Shown here in pieces: positions 9,529 to 19,821 of a DNA stretch of 64,000 nt. The stretch is taken from contig JAVXOZ010000008.1 of assembly GCA_036644995.1 (NCBI GenBank), positions 5,838 to 69,837 on the forward strand, written 5' to 3'. A program made the translations under genes and the position numbers. Position 1 is the stretch's first letter; each line of letters starts with the position of its first letter. Below the pieces are notes generated by a model that worked only from the letters and a program-made list of their open reading frames with translations, did not search any database and had not been told where the DNA came from. The DNA comes from Clostridiales bacterium (GTDB lineage: Bacteria; Bacillota; Dehalobacteriia; UBA7702).

Positions 9529-11895
9529 TTAAATACTATCAAAGTCCATTAAATTAGCTTCTATTATTAAGCCGCTTTTTTCATCATAGTTTTCTTCTCT
9601 CAAAATCCAGATACCACTATTAAGTGGTGTGTAAATACTGTTTGTGCTTTTCAACTTTTCAAATATATGAGGATATACAGATATTGTATATTTTTGAATT
9701 GCCTTAAAATTACAAGGGTAATACTGTGAGGATAATTGGGAAATTATCTCTTTGGCTTCTTCATTATAAGGAACAATAATAGCCATGGTATTATTTTCTA
9801 TCACATCAAAATTACCACCAGCTGTTTTAAATCCTTGGCAAAAGATATGAGGTGGTTTATGATTTGTTCTTGTTATATACGCATCTCTTGCATAGTTATT
9901 GAATGATAGTAATTCCATAATTGAGGTTTTTTCGTGGGGTAATGTATAGTTCATTTTGCCATCTTTAACCAATGTAAGATAGTATTTTTCATAAAACATA
10001 TCCATAGCTTGGGGTGATAAAATATCCTTATAATATTTTGTGTTGCGTAATAATAAATTTGTCGCAATTTGTGCTTCTTTAATTTCCGGTAATTTACCAA
10101 TATTTTCCTCTGTTAGCTTAATTACATAAACATTTTTACATTTATATTTTCCATTGCGATTGCAGCGACCTGCAGCTTGGGCAATATTATCAAGACCGGC
10201 CAAAGACCGCACCACACAATTAAAAGATATATTTACTCCTGCTTCAATAAGTTGAGTGGTTACGCATATCAAATGCTCATTTGCAGCTAAAGATTTTATC
10301 ATTTTGGATAAAACTTTTTGACGGTGCCCAGGGCACATATTAGTGCTTAAGTGTATAAGCTGATACTTTTCTTTATTTTTGTCAGCACTTTGCTTTTCTA
10401 ATAGTAAATCATAAATATCTTTAGCGGCTTTTTTGGTATTAACAACCAGTAAAACATTGTGGTTTTCATCTGCTGTTTTATATAAAAAATCTGCAGCTTG
10501 GTCATTATTTTTTGGCTCTGCGGTTAAATCCACAATAATGGTTCGTTTAAAATTTTCAAAGTCCACATCAACATTTTCAATAATGCTTTTGGGTTCAGAA
10601 AAAATAAGATTACTATGTTCAATATTATCTAAAGTAGGTTGAGTGGCAGAGCATAATATAATTGTGGAATTACCTAATTTACTTAAAAAGTTCATTGCCA
10701 AATTAAATAAACCAATACATTTGATGGGTATAGATTGTATTTCATCCACAATAATTACGGAATTTGTTAATTGGTGCATTCTTCTCACGGCGGAAGTTTT
10801 ATCGGAAAAGAGTGCATTTAAAAATTGCACCATAGTTGTGGCAATTACCGGGCAATTCCAAGTTTGAGTTAACAGTTCATATTCTTCACTGTCATTTTCA
10901 ACATTGCAATGGTGCTCTAAAAATAGATTATTATCTTTAATAACATTGCTGAAAACATCACTGTTTTGCTCTAATATAGTATTAAAAGGGGCAATGTAAT
11001 ATATGTGGTTCATATTTTGAATTTTAGCATGTTCTATGGCAAATCGCAAAGATGATAAGGTTTTTCCGCCACCTGTGGGTACAATAAGCTGATAAATTCC
11101 CACTTGCTTTTTGGCAAAATTATAGCATACATCTGAGATTTCCTGCTTTTTTTGAGATAAGAAATCATCACTTTTTAATTTTTTTAATGCAATATCCAAA
11201 TTTTTTTGAATTTGTTCCCATATTTCCATGCTGCCTAATTGTCCCGGTAGATTTTCATGGCGAGTAAAAGATATGGTATCATTTCTATCTGCATCAATAA
11301 GTATGGAAAGTAATAATCTAACCAACATACCATAATAAAAATGCTTGTTGTGCTTATCCAACATTGCTATTTTTTCTGTAAAGCTTGTTATTTCCTGTTC
11401 AGCCTCTAAAAATTTTGTGGTTAAATCTTCCGGGGATAGGTAGCTTTTGCGACATTCTTCCTGAATTTCTTCATAACAATGGTTTTTGGCTAATCTTTTA
11501 GAAAAATAATCCTCACCATCTAATTTAAGCCAATCATAAAGACCGTGATGTGAACCTATGGTAATAGCTAATAATTCACAAAGAAACATCTTAATAGGTG
11601 TATCTTTTTCTAAGTTTTCATATAGAAATTTAGCACCCGCATAACTATGGTCTATATCGCCACGGTTTATTTTTTTATAAGTTTGGCTCAAAATATCATT
11701 ATTCTGATTAAGATAATTTTGAAATTTCGAACTATTTTTACCAATATCATGGTATAATCCTGCTAAATATGCTGTATTTTCTATTTTTACGGAACTGGCA
11801 TAATTTTTAGCAATTTCAGCTACATTCTCGCAGTGTTCTTTTACCCTTTGTTTTCTTCCGTCATCGGTTTTGTGGGCATAGTAGGGTTGTTTCAT
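9529..11895 (-). CDS. cas3: Cas3 HD-nuclease / SF2 helicase
   Basis: N-terminal HD motif (LAGLYHDIGK), Walker A VPTGGGKT and a DEAD-like IIVDEIQS box, 788 aa. First gene of the operon. Confidence 0.9.
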   Translation of the reverse strand: MKQPYYAHKTDDGRKQRVKEHCENVAEIAKNYASSVKIENTAYLAGLYHDIGKNSSKFQNYLNQNNDILSQTYKKINRGDIDHSYAGAKFLYENLEKDTPIKMFLCELLAITIGSHHGLYDWLKLDGEDYFSKRLAKNHCYEEIQEECRKSYLSPEDLTTKFLEAEQEITSFTEKIAMLDKHNKHFYYGMLVRLLLSILIDADRNDTISFTRHENLPGQLGSMEIWEQIQKNLDIALKKLKSDDFLSQKKQEISDVCYNFAKKQVGIYQLIVPTGGGKTLSSLRFAIEHAKIQNMNHIYYIAPFNTILEQNSDVFSNVIKDNNLFLEHHCNVENDSEEYELLTQTWNCPVIATTMVQFLNALFSDKTSAVRRMHQLTNSVIIVDEIQSIPIKCIGLFNLAMNFLSKLGNSTIILCSATQPTLDNIEHSNLIFSEPKSIIENVDVDFENFKRTIIVDLTAEPKNNDQAADFLYKTADENHNVLLVVNTKKAAKDIYDLLLEKQSADKNKEKYQLIHLSTNMCPGHRQKVLSKMIKSLAANEHLICVTTQLIEAGVNISFNCVVRSLAGLDNIAQAAGRCNRNGKYKCKNVYVIKLTEENIGKLPEIKEAQIATNLLLRNTKYYKDILSPQAMDMFYEKYYLTLVKDGKMNYTLPHEKTSIMELLSFNNYARDAYITRTNHKPPHIFCQGFKTAGGNFDVIENNTMAIIVPYNEEAKEIISQLSSQYYPCNFKAIQKYTISVYPHIFEKLKSTNSIYTPLNSGIWILREENYDEKSGLIIEANLMDFDSI

Positions 11896-11934
11896 TTATT
11901 TTACCTCTTTATCAAAACAATTTGTTTGGATATA

Positions 11935-12070
11935 GGCTGTTGATAAAGTCTGATATTCGGCAAAATCCCTTCCCACCGACTGCTTATGTACGTCTATGTA
12001 CATAAGCAGTCGCTGCTCAGGGAGTTTTACCGAATCTAAGGCTTTCTTAACAGCCTGACAGATTGTTTGG
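11935..12070 (+). repeat. Intergenic structured repeat element, copy 1 (3' tail diverged)
   Basis: GGCTGTTGATAAAGTCTGATATTCGGCAAAATCCCTTCCC...CTGCTCAGGGAGTTTTACCGAATCTAAGGCTTTCTTAACAGCC. A long imperfect outer inverted repeat encloses a perfect 14-bp palindrome, GACTGCTTATGTAC/GTACATAAGCAGTC. The same core recurs at 19304, 43797, 46648 and 63970. Confidence 0.75.
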
Positions 12071-12132
12071 ATACATTTTTTTATACTGAACTTCTGTTAT
12101 GAATAGTATTTGTAAAATAAAGTAATAAATAA

Positions 12133-15100
12133 TTATCGTATACATTTTGCCAAAGTAGCGTATAGCTGTTGCGGCTCTATGGGTTTTGCCAAGTGTTCGT
12201 TCATTCCTGCGGCAATGCTTTTTTGAACATCTTCCGCAAAGGCATTGGCTGTCATGGCGATAATGGGAATGGTTTTTCCTTGGGGGTGTTGGGATTTGCG
12301 TATGGCATCTGTAGCTTCATATCCATTCATAACAGGCATTTGAATATCCATTAAAATGGCATCAAAGGAGCCCGGCTTACTTTTGGTAAATATATTGAAA
12401 CCTGTTTCACCATTATTTGCCATGGTAACAGTAATGCCTTGTTTTTCTAAAATTCTTTTGGCAACTAATTGGTTTACCGAGTGATCCTCGCAAAGGAGTA
12501 TCCGCATACCTGCTAAATTTAAAGATTCCGGAGGAATATCTTTATCTGCTTGTTTTGGGGCTTGTTTTTCCGTAAAACGCAAAGGCAGTTCAATTACAAA
12601 AGTTGTGCCAATTCCCGGTATGCTACTGAGGGAAATGGTGCCACCCATATAGTCCACAATGCTTTTCACAATGGATAATCCCAGTCCTGCTCCTTCCACA
12701 TTTGATGTCATGGAATTTTCTGCACGGTAAAATGGCTCAAATATATATTTTTGTTGTTCTGCACTTATGCCAATACCATTATCTGAAATTTCAAAGCGAT
12801 AAAGACCTATATTTTTGTTTTCCAATGCCGATTCTGAAAGATGATAGGTAATTTTACCACCCTCAGGGGTAAACTTCAGGGCATTGGCAAGTATATTATC
12901 CACAATTCTGTGAATCCGCATAATATCACCACTGCAACAATCGTGGGTAATATCTAAATCCATCTCAATAATTTGGTGCTTTTTACTTGCTAAAGCCCGT
13001 GCCCTGGCTGCGGCAATTTGCAGTTGTTCTGAAATTGAAAAAGAGGAATTTGCCAGTACCATTTTGCCGCTTTCAATTCTGTTCATATCTAAAATATCAT
13101 TTATTAAGAAAAGCAGTAGCCCTGAAGATTGCTGAATTACCTCTAAGCTTTCATGTATTTGTTCTGCATTGCTTTCATCGGCAATAGCCAAATTGCACAT
13201 ACCAATTATGGCATTCATCGGCGTTCTGATATCATGGCTCATGGAGGCAAGAAATTTTGATTTTGAGTTGTTTGCTTGTTGAGCAATGGTAAGTGATTCG
13301 GATAACGCAATTTTTTGCTTTTCTTCTTGGGCAAGTATATCCGTTACATCCGCACGGCTAAAAACCACAATTCCCGCATCTTTATCATGGGTGGCAAAGC
13401 GAGCTTGCTTGGTGCGGATTTCGCCATTTGGTTCTTTAAGGTGGTAGGTAAATTCATAGCTATCTTTATTTTTTAGCTGTTCCATTACATTTTTTATGGA
13501 CATATTTTGTAGGTAAAGTGCTTTATCTTTTTTTGTTATAAAGTTTTTTGCGGTAAGGGCTATTGTGTCAGTGTAAGTATAGGGAACACCATCTTTATAT
13601 TCTTGCAGTTCCGAATTTTGAATTTTGCTGTTATAGAATACGGTGGTATTTGAATGTAAATTTAAGTGTGCCACATAGTCATAGTCAAATTGTATTACAG
13701 AGTCCAGTACCTGCTCTTGGATTTTTTTTGCAGTAACATCGGTAACTGTTAAAAAGCCAATGAGTTCATTGGTTTCCGGTTGTAATACCGTATCAACATG
13801 GGTAGAAATCCAGCTGATACCCTTGTTTTTACCAAGGCTAATGGTGCAATCATAGTTTTGTTGGCTAATGCCCAAATCAAAGCTGCTTTTTATATTTTCG
13901 TTTAAAAAGGTTTTGCAAAATATTTTTTGCTGTTCCTTATTGGGAATTAGTGAAGCAATACCCCTAAAAAAATCTTCACGCACCATACCAAAGCGTTTTT
14001 CCAGGTTTAAGCCGGTTTTATCGTTTATTTCAATGATTTTATTTTGGGTTAAATTGCAGTGTCCCGCTAAAATAACATTTTCCCCCAATGTGTTATAACG
14101 ATATTTTATGGCATTATTATACTTTTGCTTTACTTCCACTTGGTCTGTTACATCAACGGCACTACCCAACGCATATATAGGTTTTCTGTCTCGGTTTGGT
14201 AAAACCGTATAGGTACAGCGTTTCCAAACGTATTTTTCCGTGCGAGCGTCCCATAAACGTATTGTGGTGGATACTTGGTTTTCACCATTATGAAGTTTTT
14301 TGTAAAAATCACGAAATGCCTCGGCATCATTGGGGTAGCATAACTTTTGCTCAATAAGTGTTTCCGGTATGTTGGGGATTTTCATATTGTGAATGCCATA
14401 GATATCTTCAGTATTATGATTTTGAATGATGGTATGCTCTTGAATATCGTACATCCATGAATCAATTTTATTTTGTTCTAAAACCGTGGCAAAACGGTTT
14501 TCAAGTTCTTTATATTCGTTGATGCTTTCTGCGGTAGCAACTGCCCAAACAGCTTTGCCGTATTCATCAAATATTGCGGTAAATCTGGTTCTTTTCCATA
14601 TTAAATCACCATTGGCATTAATGGTTTTAATATCCGCCATGGCAGTGGGTTGCCCATGTTTTATAGCTTCCACCAAGGAATCGTACAACTCTATACTATC
14701 TTGGTGTATAGCCCCGGATTCATAAAGACTTGTAGGGTAATTTTCAATAATTTTATTTAGGGGATATTCCTTTGTGGAAATGGAGTTCAGATAGGCTCTG
14801 TTGTTTAAAATATCATATTCCCAATAAGCAAGACCTGCATGATCAATGGCAGCCGTTAGTTTTTTTCTGGTTTTGTTAAGCTCAAATTGAGCTCGTTTTT
14901 GCTCGCTGATATCCACAAATACACAGTAGAAAAAATTTCCTTCTGCTTTATTTTCTAAAAGCTGTCCATTAATTAAAATCCATTTTATGGTTCCATCTTT
15001 GCAAATTACTCTTTGTTCATGTTTTACAGATGTTGTGCCTGTGCCCAGCTGTGCGGAAATATCTGAAAAAACTTCGGGCAAATCATGGGGATGAATAACA

Positions 15101-16341
15101 GCAGACATTTTATTGCCCATAGCGGCAAATTCTGCTCGGGTATATCCTAAAAACTCAAACAGACCGTCATTAGCAGAAATAACAGTCCAGTTTTCATCAA
15201 ATTTACAGCGAAATACTGCACCGGGTATATTATTGTATATCTGTGTAATTTCATTGTTAGCTTTTTTTTCTTCGGAAATATCTGAAAGGTATATAACGTA
15301 GGAGGGGACACCCCGCCATTTTATGGCATGGGAATCTACAAAATAATATTTTTCTAAAAAATCAACATAGATTTCATTGCCTTTACCTTCATTATTGCTG
15401 GGATATGCTATACATTCTTCACAGGGCTTATCAAAATTTTTCAAAGCACGATAGCATTTTTTTCCTATAAAATCATGAATATTAACCTTTGCCAGAATTT
15501 GCTCCATCTCGTTATTGGCATACAATAGCTTGTGGGAATTTTCTTCTATCACATAAACACCATTGGTTGAATGGTGTACAATATCGTAATACAATTGGGA
15601 TTCATCGGACATTCCCACCAAAATTATATACCAAAGGGGAATACCATCTTTTTCCCCAATAATTTTAGCACTTAATTGCAGCCAAGTTACATATCCATCT
15701 TGGCAATAACAACGAACAGAGGTGGTTTTTACGGGGTTTTCCCGATTCTCATCATATATTATATTTAAAATTTTCTCTCTGTCTTCTTCATATATTACGT
15801 TTAAGGTATCATCTTTTATATGTTCTCTGTATTCTTCTTCGGTATAACCCAATAAAGATGCAACACCGACTGTAAAAGATATGGTTTTTATTTTTCTGTC
15901 TATTCCTTGGCAAACAGAAATGCCACCGGGAATGGCATCAATGAGGTATTTATTAAGTTCTTCATTTTCTTTTTGTTTGGATAAATCATAATAAGTGGAA
16001 AGAATGAAATCCTTTCCATCGGGAATAGCTACTTGTTTACCCCTATCCTGCACCCATATGTAACTACCATCTTTTTTGCGAATGCGATATTCAATGGTAT
16101 ATTTTTTGGCATCTGCCAACTGTTTATTCATGCTATTTATAATAAATTCAATATCATCGGGGTGAATGCAATTTATCATATTACCATTTATGGTATTTTT
16201 AAATTCTTCTTCAGAATCATAGCCAAAATAGTCTAACATTTTTTTACCAATATAGTAGTATGGAAAGCCTGTATCCATATATCGTATTATTAAGCTGTCC
16301 GAAATTACTTCATCCAGCAAATTATCATAATTATTACTCAC
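12133..16341 (-). CDS. Hybrid sensor histidine kinase with multiple PAS/PAC domains, HisKA-HATPase and a C-terminal receiver domain
   Basis: H-box HDIRTPMNAIIGM, G-boxes, and a C-terminal REC with DAILMDIQMP. N-terminal repeats of PAS-like about 120-aa units. The likely start is GTG/ATG at 16341-16347 with an AAGGTG RBS, overlapping the XRE stop. Confidence 0.85.
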   Translation of the reverse strand: MSNNYDNLLDEVISDSLIIRYMDTGFPYYYIGKKMLDYFGYDSEEEFKNTINGNMINCIHPDDIEFIINSMNKQLADAKKYTIEYRIRKKDGSYIWVQDRGKQVAIPDGKDFILSTYYDLSKQKENEELNKYLIDAIPGGISVCQGIDRKIKTISFTVGVASLLGYTEEEYREHIKDDTLNVIYEEDREKILNIIYDENRENPVKTTSVRCYCQDGYVTWLQLSAKIIGEKDGIPLWYIILVGMSDESQLYYDIVHHSTNGVYVIEENSHKLLYANNEMEQILAKVNIHDFIGKKCYRALKNFDKPCEECIAYPSNNEGKGNEIYVDFLEKYYFVDSHAIKWRGVPSYVIYLSDISEEKKANNEITQIYNNIPGAVFRCKFDENWTVISANDGLFEFLGYTRAEFAAMGNKMSAVIHPHDLPEVFSDISAQLGTGTTSVKHEQRVICKDGTIKWILINGQLLENKAEGNFFYCVFVDISEQKRAQFELNKTRKKLTAAIDHAGLAYWEYDILNNRAYLNSISTKEYPLNKIIENYPTSLYESGAIHQDSIELYDSLVEAIKHGQPTAMADIKTINANGDLIWKRTRFTAIFDEYGKAVWAVATAESINEYKELENRFATVLEQNKIDSWMYDIQEHTIIQNHNTEDIYGIHNMKIPNIPETLIEQKLCYPNDAEAFRDFYKKLHNGENQVSTTIRLWDARTEKYVWKRCTYTVLPNRDRKPIYALGSAVDVTDQVEVKQKYNNAIKYRYNTLGENVILAGHCNLTQNKIIEINDKTGLNLEKRFGMVREDFFRGIASLIPNKEQQKIFCKTFLNENIKSSFDLGISQQNYDCTISLGKNKGISWISTHVDTVLQPETNELIGFLTVTDVTAKKIQEQVLDSVIQFDYDYVAHLNLHSNTTVFYNSKIQNSELQEYKDGVPYTYTDTIALTAKNFITKKDKALYLQNMSIKNVMEQLKNKDSYEFTYHLKEPNGEIRTKQARFATHDKDAGIVVFSRADVTDILAQEEKQKIALSESLTIAQQANNSKSKFLASMSHDIRTPMNAIIGMCNLAIADESNAEQIHESLEVIQQSSGLLLFLINDILDMNRIESGKMVLANSSFSISEQLQIAAARARALASKKHQIIEMDLDITHDCCSGDIMRIHRIVDNILANALKFTPEGGKITYHLSESALENKNIGLYRFEISDNGIGISAEQQKYIFEPFYRAENSMTSNVEGAGLGLSIVKSIVDYMGGTISLSSIPGIGTTFVIELPLRFTEKQAPKQADKDIPPESLNLAGMRILLCEDHSVNQLVAKRILEKQGITVTMANNGETGFNIFTKSKPGSFDAILMDIQMPVMNGYEATDAIRKSQHPQGKTIPIIAMTANAFAEDVQKSIAAGMNEHLAKPIEPQQLYATLAKCIR

Positions 16342-16591
16342 AAGCATCACCTTTTTCCTGTTTTTCTTTGTGGTGGAACAAAGCAGCTTCCAAATCCTGC
16401 AACAGTTCTTCTGAGGCTCCTTTTTCTTTTGCCAAGGCAAATACTGTTACAGAAGCCAAGGGATTTGGTTTTGCACGTTGGTTTTCCCAGCGATTTATGG
16501 TGGAAAAACTAAGATGGAGTGCCGTGGCAATTTCCATTTGGGTCATACCTATTTCCTCTCGTACTTTTTTTAATATCTCATAAAGTTCCAT
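16334..16591 (-). CDS. XRE-family helix-turn-helix transcriptional regulator
   Basis: MELYEILKKVREEIGMTQMEIATALHLSFSTINRWE is a Cro/C1 HTH. GAGAGGTG RBS lies upstream. Its TAA stop overlaps the histidine kinase start, suggesting translational coupling. Confidence 0.7.
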   Translation of the reverse strand: MELYEILKKVREEIGMTQMEIATALHLSFSTINRWENQRAKPNPLASVTVFALAKEKGASEELLQDLEAALFHHKEKQEKGDACE

Positions 16592-17105
16592 TTTGCACCT
16601 CTCAAATTTCATAGCTAAAGCTATATAGCGTTCTCTATATAATACTATGAAAAATACATTGATTTGTCAAGAGAAAACACAAATTATAGGTAAAAGTATA
16701 TCAATTTAAGCACAGAGAATAAAATATTTGCAAAATATAGATTTAATTATGGTGAATAATCACAGTAAATCAAAGTTGTACTTTGTGTATTTTAAAAAAA
16801 CTTTTTTATCTTTGATTACCGCAATGTATAATATTTAATATAAACCCTATATTTATGGGATGTATTTTATCGTATTAACTATAAATTTAAAAAATAACTC
16901 GAAAAAAGTCATAATAAGTTGTATTTTTTTAGATATTTGTTATAATAAAGTAAATGCTTATAATATTTTAAAGAATAAAGCTAATATAAAAAGTAGAGTT
17001 ACAAACCCAAGGTTTTTTCAAAATTTTTGTAGTTTATTATTAATAAATCATATCAACGGTGCATATAAAGTAAAGCTAAAAAAGTTATTTAGGAGGTAAT
17101 TTTTT

Positions 17106-17834
17106 GTGAATATAGCCATAGTGGATGATTCCAATAGTGATTGCTTTCAATTAATCAACTTTTTAACAAAATATAGTAATGAAAATGCACTTTTACTCAC
17201 AATAAATAGTTTTGAAAATGGTGAAAAATTTCTAAACAGTGGAAATCTATCAAAGATAGATGCTATTTTTTTGGATATTTATATGGATAAAGTAAATGGT
17301 ATGGAGGTTGCCCAAGAAATTAGAAAACAAGGGTTAAGCTGCAATATTATTTTTACCACTACCTCTGAATCCTTTGCTGTGCAAAGCTATGAAGTCCGGG
17401 CATTTGACTATTTGGTAAAACCTATAACATATGAAAAAATAGATAAGGTTATGGGCTTGTTGGATAAAAGCACCAATGCTTCTTCCCATTTTATTATAGT
17501 AAAAGAAGGACGTGAACTGCGCAGAATTTTAGTTTCAGATATTATATATGCAGATTATCATAATCATTATGTACAAATACACACAGATAAATATGTTATA
17601 AGCACCTATAAAAAATTTGGGGATTTTGAAGAAGAATTATTGAATTACAAATCATTTGTAACCTGCTATCGCTGTATTTTAGTTAATATGAATAAAATAG
17701 AAAAAGTAGAAGAAGGCTTTTTTTTAATGAAAAATGGTGAATATGTGCCCATAAATCGTAATAGAGCAAGGGAAATAAAAAATCGCTATATAGATTACAT
17801 CTTTGGGGAAATGGAGATAGATGCAAATGTTTGA
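17106..17834 (+). CDS. LytTR-family response regulator (AgrA/ComE-like)
   Basis: N-terminal receiver (IAIVDD...FLDIYMD) plus a C-terminal LytTR DNA-binding domain. GTG start with GGAGG RBS. Overlaps the downstream kinase by 14 nt. Confidence 0.85.
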   Translation: MNIAIVDDSNSDCFQLINFLTKYSNENALLLTINSFENGEKFLNSGNLSKIDAIFLDIYMDKVNGMEVAQEIRKQGLSCNIIFTTTSESFAVQSYEVRAFDYLVKPITYEKIDKVMGLLDKSTNASSHFIIVKEGRELRRILVSDIIYADYHNHYVQIHTDKYVISTYKKFGDFEEELLNYKSFVTCYRCILVNMNKIEKVEEGFFLMKNGEYVPINRNRAREIKNRYIDYIFGEMEIDANV

Positions 17835-19164
17835 TTATGAAGTTTTACTGTATATTGGTCAAGCGTTTTTTAATCTTTCCGTTTACACTTTTTTTGTTTT
17901 AAAGGCTTTTGAGCATAATCTTAAATATAACAAAAAAATTACCATGATTTTTGCCTGTATTTATGTTATTTTTTCCGTTGCAATCATTGAATTATGTTGT
18001 GAAGATATAGCTCCTTTTAAAATATATGCGCCCTTTGCCATGATTTTGTGGGCTGTGGTATCTATTTTATTTGCTCGTATTAATTTTAAAGCCAACGTTA
18101 TGCAGCTAATATTTTTTGTTTTTGCAATTTTTGATATCTCTTTTAATGTGATGATGGTTTCCAGGGCTATTGTTGCTTCAGATATTTTATCAAGTTTTAT
18201 CGCCGGTGATAATATTGCGTTTTTATTAACTTCAATAATTATATTAATTTTGATAATACCTTTTTTGTGGTATCTTTGCGTTAATCTCTTTCAAAGGGCT
18301 ATTAGTTTGGATATTAGTGCTGCTTATTGGAAACAGCTGTTTATCTTGCCATTATCCTATTTTCTGTTCGCTTGGCTGGCTGTAAAAAGTGCTTTCCCCA
18401 TTGAGGTAATTACACCTTTTAATTTACTGCTGATACTATTTTTTCTTAATGTAAGTTCATTCCTTTCCTATGTGGCGGTATTGCAAATGTTAATAAAAAC
18501 TCACGATAGTTTAAAAGCCACAGAAAAAGCCAATCTTTCTGAGCAAATGAATATGATGCAGAAAAAACAATATAATGATATGGCAAATAACATTGTTAAA
18601 ACCAATAAATTACGCCATGATTTTCGCCATCACTTAATAGCCATAAGAGGTTATGCCCAAAGCGGGGATTTGGAAGGCTTAAACCGGTACTTGGATGAAT
18701 ACCAAAAAGATAGTTTTCCCAATGAAGATACTCCTGTTTGCAGTAATTATTTTGTGGATATAATTCTCCGCCACTATATTGGCCAAGCCAAAGCCATGGG
18801 TATACGGGTGAATGTAGCTACAAAAGATTTAGGTGATTTTGAGCTGGCGGATACCGACCTTTGTTTGGTATTTGGAAATTTATTTGAAAATGCCATAGAA
18901 AGCTGTGAGCGTCAAAAAAGTGGAGATAAGTTTATAGATATAAAAACAAAAAGCATAAGCAAAAGTATGTTGGCAATTACTGTAACCAATAGCTATGGTG
19001 ACATAATTACCACAAGAGGAAAATTGTTTTTATCAAACAAACATGAAAATGAGGGTATTGGCATTGCCACAATACAATCAATAGCCGAAAAAAACGGTGG
19101 CAGTTGCCAGTTAAGCTTTGAAAATGGTGTTTTTAAAGCAAATGTATTATTGGTAGCAAAATAA
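17821..19164 (+). CDS. HPK10-type (AgrC/ComD-like) membrane sensor histidine kinase
   Basis: About 6 TM helices, H-box-like RHDFRHHL and a GHKL ATPase C-terminus (GIGIATIQSIAEKNGG). Confidence 0.8.
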   Translation: MQMFDYEVLLYIGQAFFNLSVYTFFVLKAFEHNLKYNKKITMIFACIYVIFSVAIIELCCEDIAPFKIYAPFAMILWAVVSILFARINFKANVMQLIFFVFAIFDISFNVMMVSRAIVASDILSSFIAGDNIAFLLTSIIILILIIPFLWYLCVNLFQRAISLDISAAYWKQLFILPLSYFLFAWLAVKSAFPIEVITPFNLLLILFFLNVSSFLSYVAVLQMLIKTHDSLKATEKANLSEQMNMMQKKQYNDMANNIVKTNKLRHDFRHHLIAIRGYAQSGDLEGLNRYLDEYQKDSFPNEDTPVCSNYFVDIILRHYIGQAKAMGIRVNVATKDLGDFELADTDLCLVFGNLFENAIESCERQKSGDKFIDIKTKSISKSMLAITVTNSYGDIITTRGKLFLSNKHENEGIGIATIQSIAEKNGGSCQLSFENGVFKANVLLVAK

Positions 19165-19303
19165 AAAGTCTATTATTGCTGAAACATATATTGTTTACCC
19201 AAAAGTTTTGATTTGCCATAAACGGTTTTGGATTACGGTATCCCACATATATATTTGAATAAATGTTTTACAGGCATGTAAATTGCAAAATTTAATGCCT
19301 TTA

Positions 19304-19462
19304 GGCTGTTGATAAAGTCTGATATTCGGCAAAATCCCTTCCCAGCCACTGCTTATGTACATCTAAGTACACTGCACAGCCGCTGCTCAGGGAGTTTTAC
19401 CGAATCTAAGTCTTTCTTAACAGCCTAACATCTTGCCAAAAAACTATATTTTTGACAATCTG
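19304..19462 (+). repeat. Intergenic structured repeat element, copy 2
   Basis: Same about 160-bp element as at 11935, ending ...CTTGCCAAAAAACTATATTTTTGACAATCTG. Confidence 0.8.
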
Positions 19463-19651
19463 AGGGTATATAAATTGTAATGCCCTGTTTTTTATATTAT
19501 TTTTTTGTCAATGGTTGTGCTCCCTAAAAATAAAATATATTTCAGTGATACTTGAGATGTGGCAGTTGTATTTATGCAGCAACCATTTTTTTTTGGTTTG
19601 ATGTGGGGATATATGGCTTTTTGTCAGATTATATTATAGGTTTCAATATAA

Positions 19652-19780
19652 AAAAACCTATATGCCCATTTATATTATGGTTCTAAATATAGAAAAAGAC
19701 CTATATGTCCCTTTATATCATGGTTCTAAATATAGAAAAAGACATGTATGCCCATTTATATCATGGTTTTAAATATAGAA
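19652..19780. repeat. Tandem repeat of about 43 bp, 3 units plus a diverged 4th unit that forms the terminator hairpin
   Basis: Units AAAGACCTATATGYCCMTTTATATYATGGTTYTAAATATAGAA at 19652, 19695 and 19738. The unit at 19781 begins identically but its 3' half folds into a hairpin. Confidence 0.8.
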
Positions 19781-19782
19781 AA

Positions 19783-19821
19783 AGACCTATTTCCCTTTAA
19801 CGGAAAATAGGTCTTTTTTTT
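19783..19821 (-). terminator. Hairpin with U-runs on both strands (bidirectional rho-independent terminator) at the 3' end of the tRNA cluster
   Basis: AGACCTATTTCC-CTTTAAC-GGAAAATAGGTCT followed by T8 on the plus strand and a T-rich run on the minus strand. It lies immediately 3' of tRNA-Gln. Confidence 0.7.

Noticed and set aside
16860-17099. 79-aa ORF in the divergent region upstream of the LytTR regulator as a possible autoinducing-peptide precursor
   Set aside because: No RBS, an extremely AT-rich low-complexity sequence, and no leader-peptide or double-glycine features. More likely non-coding promoter DNA.
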